Positions 31,388-41,335 of a stretch of DNA of 64,000 nucleotides are shown piece by piece (positions within the stretch are counted from its first letter, which is position 1; every line of letters starts with the position of its first letter). A program made the translations under genes and the position numbers. Under the pieces are notes generated by a model. It was not told where the DNA came from. It did no database searches and worked only from the letters and a program-made list of their open reading frames with translations. The DNA lies in IMG/VR virus record IMGVR_UViG_3300012231_000010, positions 1,538-65,537 of that record. One strand, 5' to 3'. Source of the stretch: a virus. Lineage: Duplodnaviria > Caudoviricetes.

Positions 31388-32671
31388 TTACAGTTGGCAG
31401 CCAACACCGACAGTCACGTCAGCACCGCTGAAGGAGACCAGGGAGTCATCCTCGCAGGCAACCAAGCCCAGATCCGTAGCGCAGCGCTTGTAAAGCAGCG
31501 GCACAACGTGCTGCGGCCGCAAGGGCTCATAGGCACGGGTGATCTGATACTTGTGATGACCGAAATCACCCCAGACATTGCAGTCGTTGTCGATCTCATA
31601 GTGCCAGTCCAGCTCGCCCATGTGAAGCTGCGGGGCGAACTTGAAGGAACCCTCACCGACATACCGCTCGGGGCTGAGGCGTTTGAAAGAACCTTCCGCA
31701 ATGAGGAAGGCAACTTCGTAGGGGGCCGCGATCCAGGCCGGATTGGCCTTGGCATACGCGCGGTTATTGACCGCGTCGGTGACCACAACCACCGGGTCAA
31801 CCAGCGCCAGGGTGCCATTCGCATTGAAACCAGTAGCCCGCAAAGGCCGTTGGTCGGTGGCGAAAGCGATCCCGCGATACGCCGGACTGGACTCGAACGA
31901 GAACGCCGTCAAAGCGGTCTCCCCGAGTTTGAAGGAGCCCTTAGTCAAGGCGATCAAGACATTCTGCACGCCGATCTCGGCGCGGAAGGTCTCGATGATG
32001 TCCGAAGAACCGATGAAACGGAAGTGCATCTGAGCCTTTCCGGAGGCAGGGAACATTTCCGCAAACAGCACATCCTTCAGATAGCGAGCAATGGCATGCA
32101 CCGCCTTGAAAGTAATCGCGCCGGTCGGGAGCAAAGTCCCGTTACCCGCGAAAATCACGCCCACATCGGTTTCAGATCCGCCGGTGAACAAGCTGTTGAA
32201 ATCCAAGCCAGCGACGGCATTGAACTTCGAGGCCGAACGCAGGTAGAGCTGCGCGCGCACATCAGAATTGATGTATTGCGTGATCAGTTTCCGGAGGGAG
32301 TCTTCCGCCATCAGATAAGAACCCCGGAAAGCGGAGTAGCCTTTCTTCACGCAGATGCGAGGACCAAAACCACGCTTGGATTCCAAGCGGATATTGAACT
32401 CGGTGACACCCGTCAGGTCTTGCAAGCCTTGCTGGCCGCAAATTTCGGTGTCGCAAACAAACGTCGGGATGGCGAGAGAATCGCCAGGAGCCGCCTGTTG
32501 CTGAACCACGGTTTTTTGTTCATCCGAAATACCGGAGGCGAACACGCCACCTTGGAGAACGTTGAGAAACGGAGAGTTGGCAGCGAGGGTTTTCGCAATC
32601 GAACCAACCAAACGGCTGGTATCCTTCGACGCGATATCACTCAAGTCTGCCGGTGTAATACAGTCACCCAT
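31388..32671 (-). CDS. Major capsid protein
   Basis: ~427 aa; downstream of portal/scaffold; own promoter and strong terminator. Call rests mainly on synteny and expression signals. Confidence 0.7.
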   Translation of the reverse strand: MGDCITPADLSDIASKDTSRLVGSIAKTLAANSPFLNVLQGGVFASGISDEQKTVVQQQAAPGDSLAIPTFVCDTEICGQQGLQDLTGVTEFNIRLESKRGFGPRICVKKGYSAFRGSYLMAEDSLRKLITQYINSDVRAQLYLRSASKFNAVAGLDFNSLFTGGSETDVGVIFAGNGTLLPTGAITFKAVHAIARYLKDVLFAEMFPASGKAQMHFRFIGSSDIIETFRAEIGVQNVLIALTKGSFKLGETALTAFSFESSPAYRGIAFATDQRPLRATGFNANGTLALVDPVVVVTDAVNNRAYAKANPAWIAAPYEVAFLIAEGSFKRLSPERYVGEGSFKFAPQLHMGELDWHYEIDNDCNVWGDFGHHKYQITRAYEPLRPQHVVPLLYKRCATDLGLVACEDDSLVSFSGADVTVGVGCQL

Positions 32672-32785
32672 AAAAAAATCTTTCTTCCCCACATGGGGAT
32701 ACGGTTGAGTTTAGTGCGCCCGAAGCCAGCGGGATAGGCCGTTCCCGGCGAGAGCGGACCGGGCGGGATTTTAGCTCTCAATGAA

Positions 32786-32813
32786 GAAGTGCGCGAAAAA
32801 TGCGTTTTGTCAA
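32786..32813 (-). promoter_or_regulatory. Class II promoter upstream of capsid gene
   Basis: TTGACA-N16-CACTTC, followed by a ~100-nt leader. Confidence 0.5.
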
Positions 32814-33541
32814 ACTTTGACAGGGGACGCTTGGGGCAACCAGCGCGCGCGGACGAGTCTCTGAAGCGAATTATTTTTCAAGCCGTGATGAAACACCAGT
32901 CCAGCGTCAAGCTGGTCTTCATACTCTTTGGTGGTGAATGACACGCTGCGCGCCCACTCGGACCGCATCAAGGGAGTATTGAACCATCCGGCGCGCTTAA
33001 ATAGCGGAGCCATAAGGTAATCCCAACCACCTGTTGGGGCGCAACCGATGATCTTATTGGCGATCTTCCACAAAAAATCCATATCGCCCGAGAAAAAAGC
33101 ATTTCCGTTAATATGCTCGCCGGGAGATTGTAGGAGACTGCCCATAATCTTCACCTTGGCCCTAAACCAGTCCGCCGCAAGAAGTTCCAGCCATCCAGGA
33201 CGCAGGGGGGAGCAATCGGCCTCAAAGGTCAAAATAGCGTCATACTGGGGGAGTTTTTTGGCCTTGCAAAGTTCGTAAACGCGCGTCATGGTGTCAAACC
33301 ACGTATCATTACAGCCAGCGGGCCATCCGGTCCCCCGCCGCCGCCCCATGTGTGTGTATACGTCAAACTTCCGCGACAGATGCTCAACGGTCTTCTTGTC
33401 CTGGGAGGAGTCCATCCGGGCGGAAAGCATGAAATCAAAATCCGGATTCTTTCGGGGCTCAAGATCCGCAACCAAGCGCGCAGTATCCAAAGCCTGTTGA
33501 CGATCCCCGTCCCAGTATTGAAGAGCCAGCAAAAATTTCAT
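32810..33541 (-). CDS. Glycosyltransferase-like protein (GT-A-like)
   Basis: ILTFEADCSPLRPGWL (ExD acidic motif), HINGNAFF, GGWDY; adjacent to another GT. Confidence 0.5.
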   Translation of the reverse strand: MKFLLALQYWDGDRQQALDTARLVADLEPRKNPDFDFMLSARMDSSQDKKTVEHLSRKFDVYTHMGRRRGTGWPAGCNDTWFDTMTRVYELCKAKKLPQYDAILTFEADCSPLRPGWLELLAADWFRAKVKIMGSLLQSPGEHINGNAFFSGDMDFLWKIANKIIGCAPTGGWDYLMAPLFKRAGWFNTPLMRSEWARSVSFTTKEYEDQLDAGLVFHHGLKNNSLQRLVRARWLPQASPVKV

Positions 33542-34551
33542 GTGTTGGGCCCGTAAATTGCGAATCCTTCATGCCCGCACACCAGCCCGAGATCCACATA
33601 GGGCTGGTGCCCCGCTTGCGCGGCGCGAATGCAGCATGTAACGTCCTCGCCCTGCCCCAGGCGCGAAGTCCCCTTAGCGCGATGCTGCCCCTCGTGCAAA
33701 ATCTCCTTGACCTTAGCAACGCGCGCCTCAGGCGTGGCTGCTGGATCATTTAAAATTTCGAGAGATTGCGACGCCGCTTTTAAAAGATTGTGCTCGGACG
33801 GAGAAAACCAATTTCCGGGCTTGTCCTCACGCCGGGCCAGCTCCGGGAATACCCGCTCGATGTCCAGCAACACATCTTTGTGCATCAGCATGCAACCCGT
33901 GCCCACCCAACGAGTGGGCTTGATCAGATCATAGGGCCCGCGCCGACAATAGCTGGCTTCCTCCTTGGAGGAGGCACCCTCAGCATACACAGGCCACCCA
34001 CCTGGCTGGCGGCCGTAGTAAGTTGCGCCCACGAGCGTCTTCTTGTGGCTCATTAACCGATTGAGAGTGTGCATCCCGGCAAATTTCTCGGGGAGATTAA
34101 ACCGAGAATAGGCGTTAAACCACTTGGAATTACCAAACGGCAAAACCATATCCGCGTCAACCCACAGGCAGTAGTCGATGCCCGTCTTGAGAAACTGCGT
34201 GGCCAAATGATTCCGGCTATGGATGATGAATGCGTCGCCAAAACTCATTATCACGGCGACCTTGGCGCGGTCGATCAAGCCCATGACTGAAAAGGCGGTG
34301 AGTGGCGAGACTTCCCGATACCACGGAAGTAGGAGGACGACGCGGCGGCCATCGAATTGGATCTCCTCTGTGGCCGTGAGCGGGGGGAGTCCGGGATCTA
34401 CGAAGACTTTCTCCACCGCCGCGAGTGAAATGGGCTTGCTGCGCGCCGCCCACTGCTTGATAAGCGTAACGTCAACCTCAAAAAAACTTGCAGATGCCGG
34501 GAAACCCAGCTCAGCAATCTTCCGCAAGACCATGTCTGTTAAAACACTCAC
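33538..34551 (-). CDS. Glycosyltransferase (GT-A / family 2-like) with N-terminal HTH-like segment
   Basis: IIHSRNHLATQFL, CLWVDADMVLP (DxD), VGTGCMLMHKDV, GEDVTCC...DLGLVCGHEG; start re-called to GTG 34551 (or ATG 34533). Confidence 0.8.
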   Translation of the reverse strand: MSVLTDMVLRKIAELGFPASASFFEVDVTLIKQWAARSKPISLAAVEKVFVDPGLPPLTATEEIQFDGRRVVLLLPWYREVSPLTAFSVMGLIDRAKVAVIMSFGDAFIIHSRNHLATQFLKTGIDYCLWVDADMVLPFGNSKWFNAYSRFNLPEKFAGMHTLNRLMSHKKTLVGATYYGRQPGGWPVYAEGASSKEEASYCRRGPYDLIKPTRWVGTGCMLMHKDVLLDIERVFPELARREDKPGNWFSPSEHNLLKAASQSLEILNDPAATPEARVAKVKEILHEGQHRAKGTSRLGQGEDVTCCIRAAQAGHQPYVDLGLVCGHEGFAIYGPNT

Positions 34552-34561
34552 GGCAAGCGTT

Positions 34562-35938
34562 TTAATTGGCTTCGGCCAGCTTTTGATCCCGGAGCGCGTC
34601 AAGCGCGTTGCCGCCGTGCGTCCCGAAAATGTCCGTGACCGGCTTAACCGAAGACGACACCGGGGCGTTGCTGCGGCGCGTAGAGCCACTCGACCGCTTG
34701 ACCTTATCCAGCTTCTCTGTCAGCTCCTTGTTCGAAGCACGAAGTTGCTCGATCTCTTTGGACGCTGAATCCAGATCCCGCTTGAATTTGAACGCCTGGA
34801 TGGTTCCAATGGCCAGCATCGCGTGCGTGTCCGCCGAACGATCTGTAAGCAAACTTTTGAGTTTGTCCACCTGCTCCTTGGCGAAGGCATTATCCGCCTC
34901 CAGAAGCGCTTTCTTGTCCGCCGGAGTGGCCGCATCAATCGTCTGCTCCGCAACCCAGGGTAGCTGACCCAACAGCTCGTTGGCAGTCGTCTCGATGATC
35001 TTGGATTCCGCCTCAACAGACAGCCGGGAATTCTTATCCCGCTCCTGGAGATACTTATCAACATTCTCCTTTGCGGACTTGATCTTCACGTCACGCTCGC
35101 GAACCAAGTTCTCGCTGTCATTCAACTTGGCATCAACAACGCGCTTCTGGCTCGGCGACAGGTGGGAGTAAACATCATCCCAGTTCGCCAGCTTGAGCGG
35201 GCCGCCCATTTTCCGGATCTTGTCGATCTGGTCCTTGGTCATGCCCGCCTCGGTAAGCTTGCCATAAATCGCTTCATCATTCTCGACAAGGCGATCCTGA
35301 AAAGCTTTCTTGAATTCGGGGTCGTTCTCGATCTCCGCAGACGCGCGGAACTTTCGAAGCGCCTCCAGTTCGGCCTTCTCTTCGGCCGATGCGGACACCT
35401 TCGTCTTGCTCTCCAGCTCTTTCAGCTTCAGTCGTGCATCCGCAAGTTCCTTGTCTCGGGCTTCGATCTCCGCCTTGGCTTTGACTTTGATGGCGTTGAA
35501 AGAGTCGGCCGCTTTTGGGGACGTGTGGGGCGGGAGTTGGATTTCTTTGAAGGGGTCTTCAGGAGCAGCTTGCCCTTCCACAGGGTCCCCAACCTTTCGT
35601 CCTCCTCCGCTGTCCGCTTGTAAAGAATCGGAACCACTTGCCGGTTGTCCACTGGCAGGAGTCCCATCGCTGCCTCCGCCTTTAGCATCATCGGCGGCTG
35701 GCTCTTCCTTCGCCGCAGCGCCTTCCGGATTGGGTTTTGCCCCATCAGCACCAGCGCCGCCAGCGCCACTACCATCAGTATTATTGTTTCCATCATCAGC
35801 CTTTTCTGTCTTCGCTTTCAGGAGACTGTCCAATGCGTCACCAGCCTCCGGGTCAGCCACCGGTTGCATGTTGGGACGTTGGTCAGCTCCGCTGTCGCGG
35901 AGGGTTTGTTGAGTTTGCAGATCCAGTTCGTCAGCCAT
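34562..35938 (-). CDS. Capsid scaffolding-like protein
   Basis: Acidic low-complexity N-terminus, long coiled coil; lies between portal and capsid. Confidence 0.6.
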   Translation of the reverse strand: MADELDLQTQQTLRDSGADQRPNMQPVADPEAGDALDSLLKAKTEKADDGNNNTDGSGAGGAGADGAKPNPEGAAAKEEPAADDAKGGGSDGTPASGQPASGSDSLQADSGGGRKVGDPVEGQAAPEDPFKEIQLPPHTSPKAADSFNAIKVKAKAEIEARDKELADARLKLKELESKTKVSASAEEKAELEALRKFRASAEIENDPEFKKAFQDRLVENDEAIYGKLTEAGMTKDQIDKIRKMGGPLKLANWDDVYSHLSPSQKRVVDAKLNDSENLVRERDVKIKSAKENVDKYLQERDKNSRLSVEAESKIIETTANELLGQLPWVAEQTIDAATPADKKALLEADNAFAKEQVDKLKSLLTDRSADTHAMLAIGTIQAFKFKRDLDSASKEIEQLRASNKELTEKLDKVKRSSGSTRRSNAPVSSSVKPVTDIFGTHGGNALDALRDQKLAEAN

Positions 35939-35944
35939 AGGTTT

Positions 35945-36232
35945 TTATTGTTTCCACTTCGAATCATCATCCAGGTCCGGATAATTCTCGTCGGCGGGTT
36001 GCGGTTGTTTCAGAAATTCGGGGGAGAGTATCAAATCAAAATAGGAAAGGCACAATTCATAGCCGCGCACTTCCCCGTTGCGAACTAACGTTTTATTTGG
36101 ATGCCCACCATCTAAAAGCTGCGGGCGCAACGCGGTGAGTAACGGCACCAGCATCTTGCCGGACTCGGTGCGCAGAAAAGCGCGCAAGTTATCGGCATGT
36201 ATTGAATTCCACTCGGTCAGTTCTTTAGACAT
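35945..36232 (-). CDS. Hypothetical protein
   Basis: 95-aa ORF between portal and scaffold. Confidence 0.6.
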   Translation of the reverse strand: MSKELTEWNSIHADNLRAFLRTESGKMLVPLLTALRPQLLDGGHPNKTLVRNGEVRGYELCLSYFDLILSPEFLKQPQPADENYPDLDDDSKWKQ

Positions 36233-38255
36233 TAGGCAATGGCAGGTTGCCAAGCTGTTCAGCTTGAGTTTGGATCTCGGCTTGTGCTTGGTCCAGCGCG
36301 GCTAGCTGCTGGATGGCGGCGTTCAGTTGCTCGACCATGGCGACATCTTCAGCGAATTCCTCTTCGCTCGCACCCTGCTCCTGGGCCCGGGAAATGTGCT
36401 GGCTCGCATGGTCAACGAGCGCTTGTAAAAGCGGAGTAACAGCGGGATTGCCCGCGACCTCCATGCCTGCCTGCTCCATGGCGGGCTTCAACACGTCCAG
36501 GTGGACTCGGTGATTGTCGCGCGGAGAAACGGGCACCGGCTGTCCTTGAGTAAGCACCAACAACTCCAATTGCTGCAAGCGCTGTTGCTCGGCGGTAACA
36601 GTCGGATCATTATCGGGAATCAAGACCGCATTTGCGAATTCCTCGTTGATCTGAGCGGTAAGCTGCCGCCGCTTCAACTCCTTCTGGTCGATCAACGGAT
36701 TGCCAGCGTTCTCCGCGCCGACAAGCGCGATCTGCTGCCGCTCACGTTCCGAGTAATCGGCGACGGTAGACGCAACCGGGCTATTAGCCAGCATGTCCAG
36801 CTCTTCCCGGGTCATAAATTTCAACATGCGCTCCTGAAAAGCTTTGGCATCCTCCTCAGAAGATTCCGGATCCACAAGCCGCTTCTGCAATGTAGACATG
36901 AGATCCGCCCACTGGGTCAAAAAGCGTTCGATGATAACATCCCGACTCTCCTCTTCGCGGCCCGCGACAAGATTGACCTGAGCGGCGGTCACGCGCTCAC
37001 CTTCGAGCTGCTTAGGCGACGCCGCGCCCGCGATTTGGTCAAGGATGGCCGTCAGATAGTTATCCAGCGCCATGAATGGTTCAACATCGCCGTCAATACG
37101 CGCCTGGGACACCGTGTAGGCGCTGCCGATCAAGATTGCATTGCCAACAAGAGACATCCGGAAGCGCTTCAATAAGCGCTCTTCACCCTGGATGATGACC
37201 TTACCTGCCAACAGAAGACGGTCAACGACATCATTCCGCGACCGGTCAAGAATCCCCGCCATCGCATACAATTCGCGGCCGATGCCCTTGGACCCGTGCA
37301 TAGTGCCGTTGCCCTGCTGAAACGAAAAGAAAGCAAGCGCTGAAGCCATGCTCTCAAAGCGATCTTCCCGGCTGAATAGCTCCTTCCAGGCGCGGTCTTC
37401 GAGCCGGTAATGGGAAACTTTGCCAGTCATTTCCACCACGAGCAAGTTGTAGACTGTAACCACCTTAGACTCAAGCAGATGTGACGCCCCAACAGACGCC
37501 TCGCGAATGAGATCCTGGTGGACGCGCTCCAGATCCCCGGTGTTCGAACTCCTCCGGTCCTGGGGCATCGCGTTGTTTATGGCGTCAACCGTGTTTTCGA
37601 GGTTCCAACCGGCCGTGTCGGCGGCTTCCTTGTCCTCAATCTTCTCGAACAGCTCATGCAGCAAGAAATCCTCCTTAAGGACAACAACTTGCGCCGAATC
37701 AACATCCTGCTTTGTTCCAGAGGGAACAAAAAACTCGTCCTGCCGGAAAAACTTCGGAAACCAAGTATATTCATCAAGCCAAGACGCGGCGGCATACCCA
37801 AACAGCGCATTTTCTTGGGCAATCTGGCTAATCAGGTTCTTCCATCCCCGGCGCGCGCGGCAGGTATCCGTGACGCCTTTTCGGAAAATCTCGGTCTTGC
37901 GCGCGGCACCCGGATGATCCTCGGGGAGTGAGGAATTCGTGAGATATTTCACTGTATCCAGCGCCGTCCGGAACCGGGGAGCCACCTTCTCAATCATCAG
38001 GGGCAGCGGTTTTGTAGAGAAATTTGACTTCCACCCCAGCCCTTCATTGTCTAGGGCGGCCTGGGCGTGTGGCTTCTCAGAGTTGTATTTCGCCATGATT
38101 CTGGCGTTCTTCCGGTTCCGCTCCCGGTTGGCCTCAACAAGACACTGAATAAGCTTGGCGGCGTCTCCGGCGTCCCGAACAGATCGAGTGCGGACTTTTA
38201 AGGCAGGTGTTAGGTCGGGGTTATTAACCCCCTGACCCGTGCTATTGTCGGGCAT
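36225..38255 (-). CDS. Portal protein
   Basis: ~676 aa, helical, Gln-rich C-terminal barrel-like tail; downstream of terminase; start re-called to ATG 38255. Confidence 0.7.
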   Translation of the reverse strand: MPDNSTGQGVNNPDLTPALKVRTRSVRDAGDAAKLIQCLVEANRERNRKNARIMAKYNSEKPHAQAALDNEGLGWKSNFSTKPLPLMIEKVAPRFRTALDTVKYLTNSSLPEDHPGAARKTEIFRKGVTDTCRARRGWKNLISQIAQENALFGYAAASWLDEYTWFPKFFRQDEFFVPSGTKQDVDSAQVVVLKEDFLLHELFEKIEDKEAADTAGWNLENTVDAINNAMPQDRRSSNTGDLERVHQDLIREASVGASHLLESKVVTVYNLLVVEMTGKVSHYRLEDRAWKELFSREDRFESMASALAFFSFQQGNGTMHGSKGIGRELYAMAGILDRSRNDVVDRLLLAGKVIIQGEERLLKRFRMSLVGNAILIGSAYTVSQARIDGDVEPFMALDNYLTAILDQIAGAASPKQLEGERVTAAQVNLVAGREEESRDVIIERFLTQWADLMSTLQKRLVDPESSEEDAKAFQERMLKFMTREELDMLANSPVASTVADYSERERQQIALVGAENAGNPLIDQKELKRRQLTAQINEEFANAVLIPDNDPTVTAEQQRLQQLELLVLTQGQPVPVSPRDNHRVHLDVLKPAMEQAGMEVAGNPAVTPLLQALVDHASQHISRAQEQGASEEEFAEDVAMVEQLNAAIQQLAALDQAQAEIQTQAEQLGNLPLPNV

Positions 38256-38290
38256 ACAAGAAGAGATGCAAGATTCCAGGTGTTTGTCAA
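38256..38290 (-). promoter_or_regulatory. Class II promoter upstream of portal
   Basis: TTGACA-N16-CATCTC-N7-ATG. Confidence 0.5.
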
Positions 38291-38545
38291 TTATTGCCAC
38301 CAAAAAATAATCCACCGCCGCCAGCGTTTCCAGCGGCCATACGGGCACTCCTCAGTCGGCAACTTGATCTTAAGGGGGACAAAACACCCGCAGACCTCAC
38401 ACTGCTTGACCCGGGCGTCATAAAATTCGCACGTCCTGCATTTGGCGTAACGGGCTTTTTCTACCCGCTCGGGAACAATTCCGGCCCCCTCGCGCAACCA
38501 CCGCCGCATCGCCGCCACGAACTTAAACGGATTTGGGAACGTCAT
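38291..38545 (-). CDS. Small Cys-rich (zinc-binding) protein
   Basis: RYAKCRTC...QCEVCGCFVPLKIKLPTEECPYGRW. Confidence 0.7.
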   Translation of the reverse strand: MTFPNPFKFVAAMRRWLREGAGIVPERVEKARYAKCRTCEFYDARVKQCEVCGCFVPLKIKLPTEECPYGRWKRWRRWIIFWWQ

Positions 38546-39111
38546 TTTTTCTTCCTCCAACAATGCGCTGGGAGTTTCTCGTCAGCTACTTGCTCCTCGT
38601 TCAGGTGAACTGAAATTGCGGTATTCTCTGACAGCGGAAGGCACCCAAGCAATCCCCGCCCAAAGTCTTCCCGGCCCTCCAATATCTGCCGCTGGACTGC
38701 TTTGGACGAATCCCGGCAGGTGGAGCAATCCTTCTCCCAACCGTGCTGGAACGGGCACTGGCGGCAGATTTCAGCGCGTTCCCTGGCCACAAGACCATCC
38801 ACAAAGGGGATTGCACCGCGCCGCCGGGCCTCAACGAGGCGAAGCATCCAGTTGAGGACCCGCAAGTAAAAAGCATCCCGGTCGGCGCGTATCAGCGGAT
38901 CCCGGCCTCCGCGCAAACAGAGCGAGGGGTTATTAGCGCACACGATGGCTGTTATCTCCCGCGCGGGGTCCCCCGGGGGTTTTCCGTTCAGAGCCCGATA
39001 CTGCGCCACAACTCGGACCAAGTGCGGCCAGGATTTCGCTGTGTGCGTAACCCCATCCGAGTCAGTAAAGTTAAATCCATTAGGAGGCCGCAGATGAAAA
39101 TTCAAAATCAT
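38542..39111 (-). CDS. Cys-rich hypothetical protein
   Basis: RAEICRQCP...CSTC...GC...HCW pattern, similar to neighbour. Confidence 0.65.
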   Translation of the reverse strand: MILNFHLRPPNGFNFTDSDGVTHTAKSWPHLVRVVAQYRALNGKPPGDPAREITAIVCANNPSLCLRGGRDPLIRADRDAFYLRVLNWMLRLVEARRRGAIPFVDGLVARERAEICRQCPFQHGWEKDCSTCRDSSKAVQRQILEGREDFGRGLLGCLPLSENTAISVHLNEEQVADEKLPAHCWRKKK

Positions 39112-41063
39112 ACGTCGTTATCATAGGTATCAGTAACGCTGACAAAATAGTAAGGAGTGCCGTTGCCGTCTGATTCGGCAGCGGCCACCGCTAAATCCCC
39201 CTTCGCGGGGGCCATAGATAGCGAGTCGCTTTCCATACGCACCGCGTGAACCAAAAGGGTCACCGCATCCGCTTCGTTGGGGGACTTGTTCCCCCGGCCT
39301 TCGTAATCCTTCTTTGACTCCACTTTTGACTTCGCGCCAGGGCGGAATAACCGGCCGGACAGTTGCGGGAACAAGCTGGTTGTGTCCACAGATGGCGAAA
39401 CCACAAAATACCGAAACTCAATCCACTTGGCGAGCGCAAACCACAGCTCTGACTGCATGCGGTCCATTGTTTCTTTTGGGGTCTCCTTATCTTCATCCAT
39501 GATCTTGCGCTCGGTGGCGGACTCGTAGTAGTTTACGCCCTTTGTCGCGGGGGACCAATATTCCTTGAGATTATCATGCACCCCCGCCCCATTGCCTGTG
39601 CGATCAACGCACAAGTGCTCGGGCCGTATTCCTATCTGCTGGCACAACTCCTTAAGCCGCCTGGAAATCTCAACAGTGTTCCCCTTGGGAATAGGATAGA
39701 GCTGCGTCAACTGTATCACAGGATGGAACGCAGGTTTAGTATTCGCCAGAAAAAGTATCTCCCGGCCATTGGGATGCTCAAGCGTCGGGGGCTCCCTCAA
39801 GCCGCGCGCCAACCCATACTCCCCGCGCGCGAACACCGCAGTATCTCCTCCCTCCAGGGCAAGATCCGCGCCCGCGAATGGACGGGTAGCAGCGGCCCAC
39901 AAGACTTCAAACTTCAGCGAATGTAAAGCCGATTGCGGTATGATTGAAAAATCGGATCCCTTTGGGGGGAACGCGGCGCGCACCATGGAGTAGTAGCCTG
40001 GGGAAGACGTGCCGCCCGCATTCTGGATGGCCGTCTGCATGCCCTCGATGGTCTGCAACCCGGGGTAGACCTCACGCTTCTCTGTCACGTTCTCACACTG
40101 CATGGCGTCAAGCCGCAGAACATTCCACCCGCGCTTAGACTTCCACTTGAAGTGCTTGTCCATGTCGAACTCTTTCCAGCCCCACTCGGGTTCGCACCGC
40201 ACGCCGACATTGTCGGTTTCGTCATGCGGGTTAAACGCGCCGCCGATCTTGAAACCCCCATCCTTGGTGGACGCAGCCAGGACGTTATCAACGTCCTTCC
40301 AGATCCCGGGCGGGATCTGATTCATTTCATCCATGAACACAATGAAGCGCGAAAGCTGACCAAACTTTGGATGCTTCTTCGCGCGCGGAAACCGTTTAGT
40401 GCCCTGGATCTTAGCCGCTGATTTCTTACCGAGAGAAACAACAACTCCAATAATTGCACCGCGCCGCGAGCGCTCGTCCATGCCGATGAAAAACCGTCCA
40501 ATGATCCCGGGTAGCTTCACCGCAGAGTTGCGGTGCATATCTACCAGATGCGAAAACAAGTTGTCCTGTAGATGGTCCTCGGAGGGCCCCAAAACTTTGA
40601 TCGTCGTGTAGACCGGATCCCGGACCCACTCCAAGATCAGCCGCGCGCCAATCGAATAGGACTTGCCCATCGACGCCGCGCCCATTAACATAAACTGGCT
40701 GGACTTCTCGTAAGTTTCCCAAATGTCCCGGGCGGATTTGGGCTCCGGGTTGAAGATCGTTTTTGGCCAGCACAACGCGGCGGCGTCAATGTAACGATCC
40801 TGGTCCAGGCACCACTGCAAGAGCGAAAAATTCAACTGCTCAACTTGCGCCTCTTTTATGCAGACCGCCTGTTGCCCGGAGAACTCAGCGATAGCTAGCG
40901 CAGCAGACATCTTGCGATCATTGTGGAGACAGTCAACACAGAAGGCAATCAGCTCGTCATGGTCCTTGAACCGTTTGGCGGGAGCCAGAGGGGGGACCTC
41001 TGGGACGGCCGGGGGGACCTCAGGGGCCGCGCGGGAGAAAAGCATTTCGTTAGTAGAAGCCAT
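39108..41063 (-). CDS. terL: Terminase large subunit
   Basis: Walker A MGAASMGKS, Walker B IVFMDE, nuclease motifs GADLALEGGD, CVDRTGNGAGV, SPNEADAV. Confidence 0.9.
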   Translation of the reverse strand: MASTNEMLFSRAAPEVPPAVPEVPPLAPAKRFKDHDELIAFCVDCLHNDRKMSAALAIAEFSGQQAVCIKEAQVEQLNFSLLQWCLDQDRYIDAAALCWPKTIFNPEPKSARDIWETYEKSSQFMLMGAASMGKSYSIGARLILEWVRDPVYTTIKVLGPSEDHLQDNLFSHLVDMHRNSAVKLPGIIGRFFIGMDERSRRGAIIGVVVSLGKKSAAKIQGTKRFPRAKKHPKFGQLSRFIVFMDEMNQIPPGIWKDVDNVLAASTKDGGFKIGGAFNPHDETDNVGVRCEPEWGWKEFDMDKHFKWKSKRGWNVLRLDAMQCENVTEKREVYPGLQTIEGMQTAIQNAGGTSSPGYYSMVRAAFPPKGSDFSIIPQSALHSLKFEVLWAAATRPFAGADLALEGGDTAVFARGEYGLARGLREPPTLEHPNGREILFLANTKPAFHPVIQLTQLYPIPKGNTVEISRRLKELCQQIGIRPEHLCVDRTGNGAGVHDNLKEYWSPATKGVNYYESATERKIMDEDKETPKETMDRMQSELWFALAKWIEFRYFVVSPSVDTTSLFPQLSGRLFRPGAKSKVESKKDYEGRGNKSPNEADAVTLLVHAVRMESDSLSMAPAKGDLAVAAAESDGNGTPYYFVSVTDTYDNDV

Positions 41064-41097
41064 CCTATTAAGATGCTGGCCAATGCTCTAGCGTCAA
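41064..41097 (-). promoter_or_regulatory. Class II promoter upstream of terminase
   Basis: TTGACG-N16-CATCTT-N6-ATG. Confidence 0.55.
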
Positions 41098-41168
41098 GAA
41101 AAAGCGCTTAGTAAATGGGACCTGGAAACTGAGCGTAGGCGTCTTTCCGTCCCGAGATATTAAGCGCT
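41098..41168 (-). terminator. Long interrupted hairpin plus U-run closing the tRNA array (terminator or small structured RNA)
   Basis: Nested stems AGCGCTTA/TAAGCGCT, GGGAC/GTCCC, GGAAA/TTTCC followed by TTTTT on - strand. Confidence 0.5.
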
Positions 41169-41172
41169 AAAT

Positions 41173-41248
41173 TGGGGTGACCGGCGGGATTCGAACCCGC
41201 GCAATCTGGGTTCACAACCCAGTGTTCTTCCGCTGAACTACAGACACC
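41173..41248 (-). tRNA. trnH: tRNA-His(GTG)
   Basis: Cloverleaf with G-1:C73, anticodon arm CTGGG-TTGTGAA-CCCAG, T-loop TTCGAAT, encoded CCA. Confidence 0.92.
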
Positions 41249-41254
41249 ATAAAT

Positions 41255-41329
41255 TGGTGGGCCGGGCAGGTGTTTCACCTACATCCTCCCGGACATCCCG
41301 GGTTCTCTATTTGATTAAGCTACCGGCCC
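41255..41329 (-). ncRNA. Non-canonical tRNA-like RNA A (75 nt, no readable anticodon)
   Basis: Acceptor GGGCCGG/CCGGCCC-A-CCA; D-loop AATCAAATA without GG; CCCGG-GATGT-CCGGG (5-nt loop); T-arm GTAGG-TGAAACA-CCTGC. Confidence 0.8.
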
Positions 41330-41335
41330 ATAAAT

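Noticed and set aside
31394-32737. 447-aa + strand ORF
   Set aside because: Antisense shadow of the capsid gene; no motifs; expected from GC-rich codon bias
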